A DNA stretch of 64,000 bases from Octopus sinensis (lineage: Eukaryota), in NCBI RefSeq assembly GCF_006345805.1, contig NC_043000.1, forward strand, positions 1 through 64,000, read 5' to 3'. Below are positions 62,397 to 64,000 of this stretch, one piece after another. The position numbers and the translations under genes were made by a program. Below the pieces are notes generated by a model. It made no database searches. It saw only the letters and a list, made by a program, of their open reading frames with translations, and had not been told where the DNA came from. How positions within the stretch are numbered: the stretch's first letter is position 1; the number at the start of each line of letters is the position of its first letter.

Positions 62397-63912
62397 CAGA
62401 AACACACTAATAGCTTAGGAGTAAAATTTAGGATTTCTCACTTTTCTCTGAATCGATTTTGATAAAACTCTTCCCACCTGGTTTGCACACTTTGGCAACA
62501 CCATTGTTATGTTTTAATTATTCTATGTAACGTCCTTTCTCTTTTGTTTTATTTTAGATTATTCAGTTTTTGGGTGAATCAGGCTAATAGCGTCTTTCCT
62601 CTCCAAGAACAATGGGTCATGGAAAAGGCCTTAACGATGAAAAGTCTGTCATCAACAAGAAAAGTGCTTAATGCACTACTCCATGTCATTGCATAGAAGT
62701 TAGACCGTCGTGTGGACACGGTTAGACGATTCCTAAAGGACCCTTCGCCAAGAAAGAAACGATCCGATTGTGGAACCTCCAAGACTGTGACAGCTAGGGA
62801 TTGAACGAATATTGACCGCAAGTTACGTGAGAGACCTGGACAAACAAGTAAAGCCATTTTCACCGCCTCCGAACTTCCTTATATACCGAATACCACCGGA
62901 AATTGCATCCTCAGAACCATGACTTCCGTGCGGGAACCCTTGATACTGCCTCTTTAACGCCTCGTCACAGGAGTTTGAGGCTTCAATGGCCCCAAAATTA
63001 TATGAAGTTAGGCATGATTTGTGTTCTGTTCACTGACGAAACCAGGGTGAGCCTTGTCGGACTTGACGGTTGGGCAAATGGTTGGGTCTATTTTGGAGAT
63101 GAGCGTCACCAACGTTTACGACAACAACAGCGGGGGGGGGGGGGGGGTCAAGTTGTGAGCTGGTATCATTGGGAACAGACTTGTTGGCCCAGACAGGGTG
63201 TCTGAAGGGGTTAAAGTGACCGCAGCCGCCTAATGCAATCTCCTGCAGGAAGTCTTAAATCCTTGGCTAAATGACATACCATTGTCACTTCTAAAGAATC
63301 TGGTATTTATGCATGACAACGCTCCCCATCCCCAAATATTGCTAGGATCTTATAGCATAAAAGGTGAAAGGTTGATGGTGTGGCCGCCAGCATCTCCGGA
63401 TCTCAACCGTATAGAAAACATTTGGTCCATTATTAAACAATTTACGCCAATTTACGCCGAAAGATGTTTTATGGGCGACCATCAAAGCTGCAGCAGAGGC
63501 AATCCAGCCTGCTAATATAAAGAAATTGACAGATTCTATAACTAATAGGGTTTTTGAAGTTATCTGTTGAAATGGCGCTCATTTGACTAAATAATTCATT
63601 ATGTCAATAAATGTTACAATATGATTATGGTTTTCTGTTAAATATATACTCAATGTATGTTTAATATGTATCATTACCCTTCATTTTCTGGAAAAATGTC
63701 TAGATGGGCTATTTTTATTCAATAGCTATTAGCGTGGTTTATCCAAAGCTGAAGAATCTGAAATAAAAAAGAAAGGACGTTACACAGAATAATGGAAACA
63801 TAACAATGGTGTTGCCATAGTGTGCAAACTAGCTGGGAAAAGTTTTATCAAAATCGATTCAGAGAAAACCGAGAAATCCTAAATTTCACTCCTAAAATAT
63901 TAGCGTAGTTCC
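62397..63912 (+). mobile_element. Decayed Tc1-family transposon with long TIRs
   Basis: Inverted ~140-bp ends (62405-62545 / 63765-63905) and transposase fragments VLFTDETR, VFMHDNAPH and WPPASPDLNRIENIWSIIK. The exact termini are uncertain. Confidence 0.85.
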
Positions 63913-63928
63913 GTATATATATATATAT

Positions 63929-63996
<68 letters not shown>

Positions 63997-64000
63997 GTTC

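Overview
AT-rich, extremely repeat-dense animal genomic DNA. It is most likely a coleoid cephalopod (Octopus-like), inferred from the tRNA-headed SINE families and the microsatellite load; this was not checked by a search. Nearly all ORFs in the supplied track are microsatellite or transposon artefacts. Recognisable contents are dozens of SINE copies from at least 3-4 families, decayed LINEs (RTE, CR1, R4/Dong-type RLE, L1/Tx1-like), Tc1/mariner elements with TIRs and TA TSDs, MITEs, Penelope-like terminal-repeat fragments and a 3'-truncated U6 retrocopy. Two signals stand out. (1) Several unrelated repeats carry minimal type-I hammerhead ribozyme motifs with palindromic helix III, the dimer-type architecture known from Penelope-like elements. 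Two families have a compensatory U3-A8 core pair, and several copies sit in long near-perfect DNA palindromes. (2) A near-identical 495-bp tandem array (4.2 copies) contains in every unit a minus-strand signal-peptide-like exon with textbook splice signals. It can be joined in phase to two downstream exons to give a 110-aa candidate secreted protein. The gene model and the other isolated exon candidates are inferences from splice signals and phase only.
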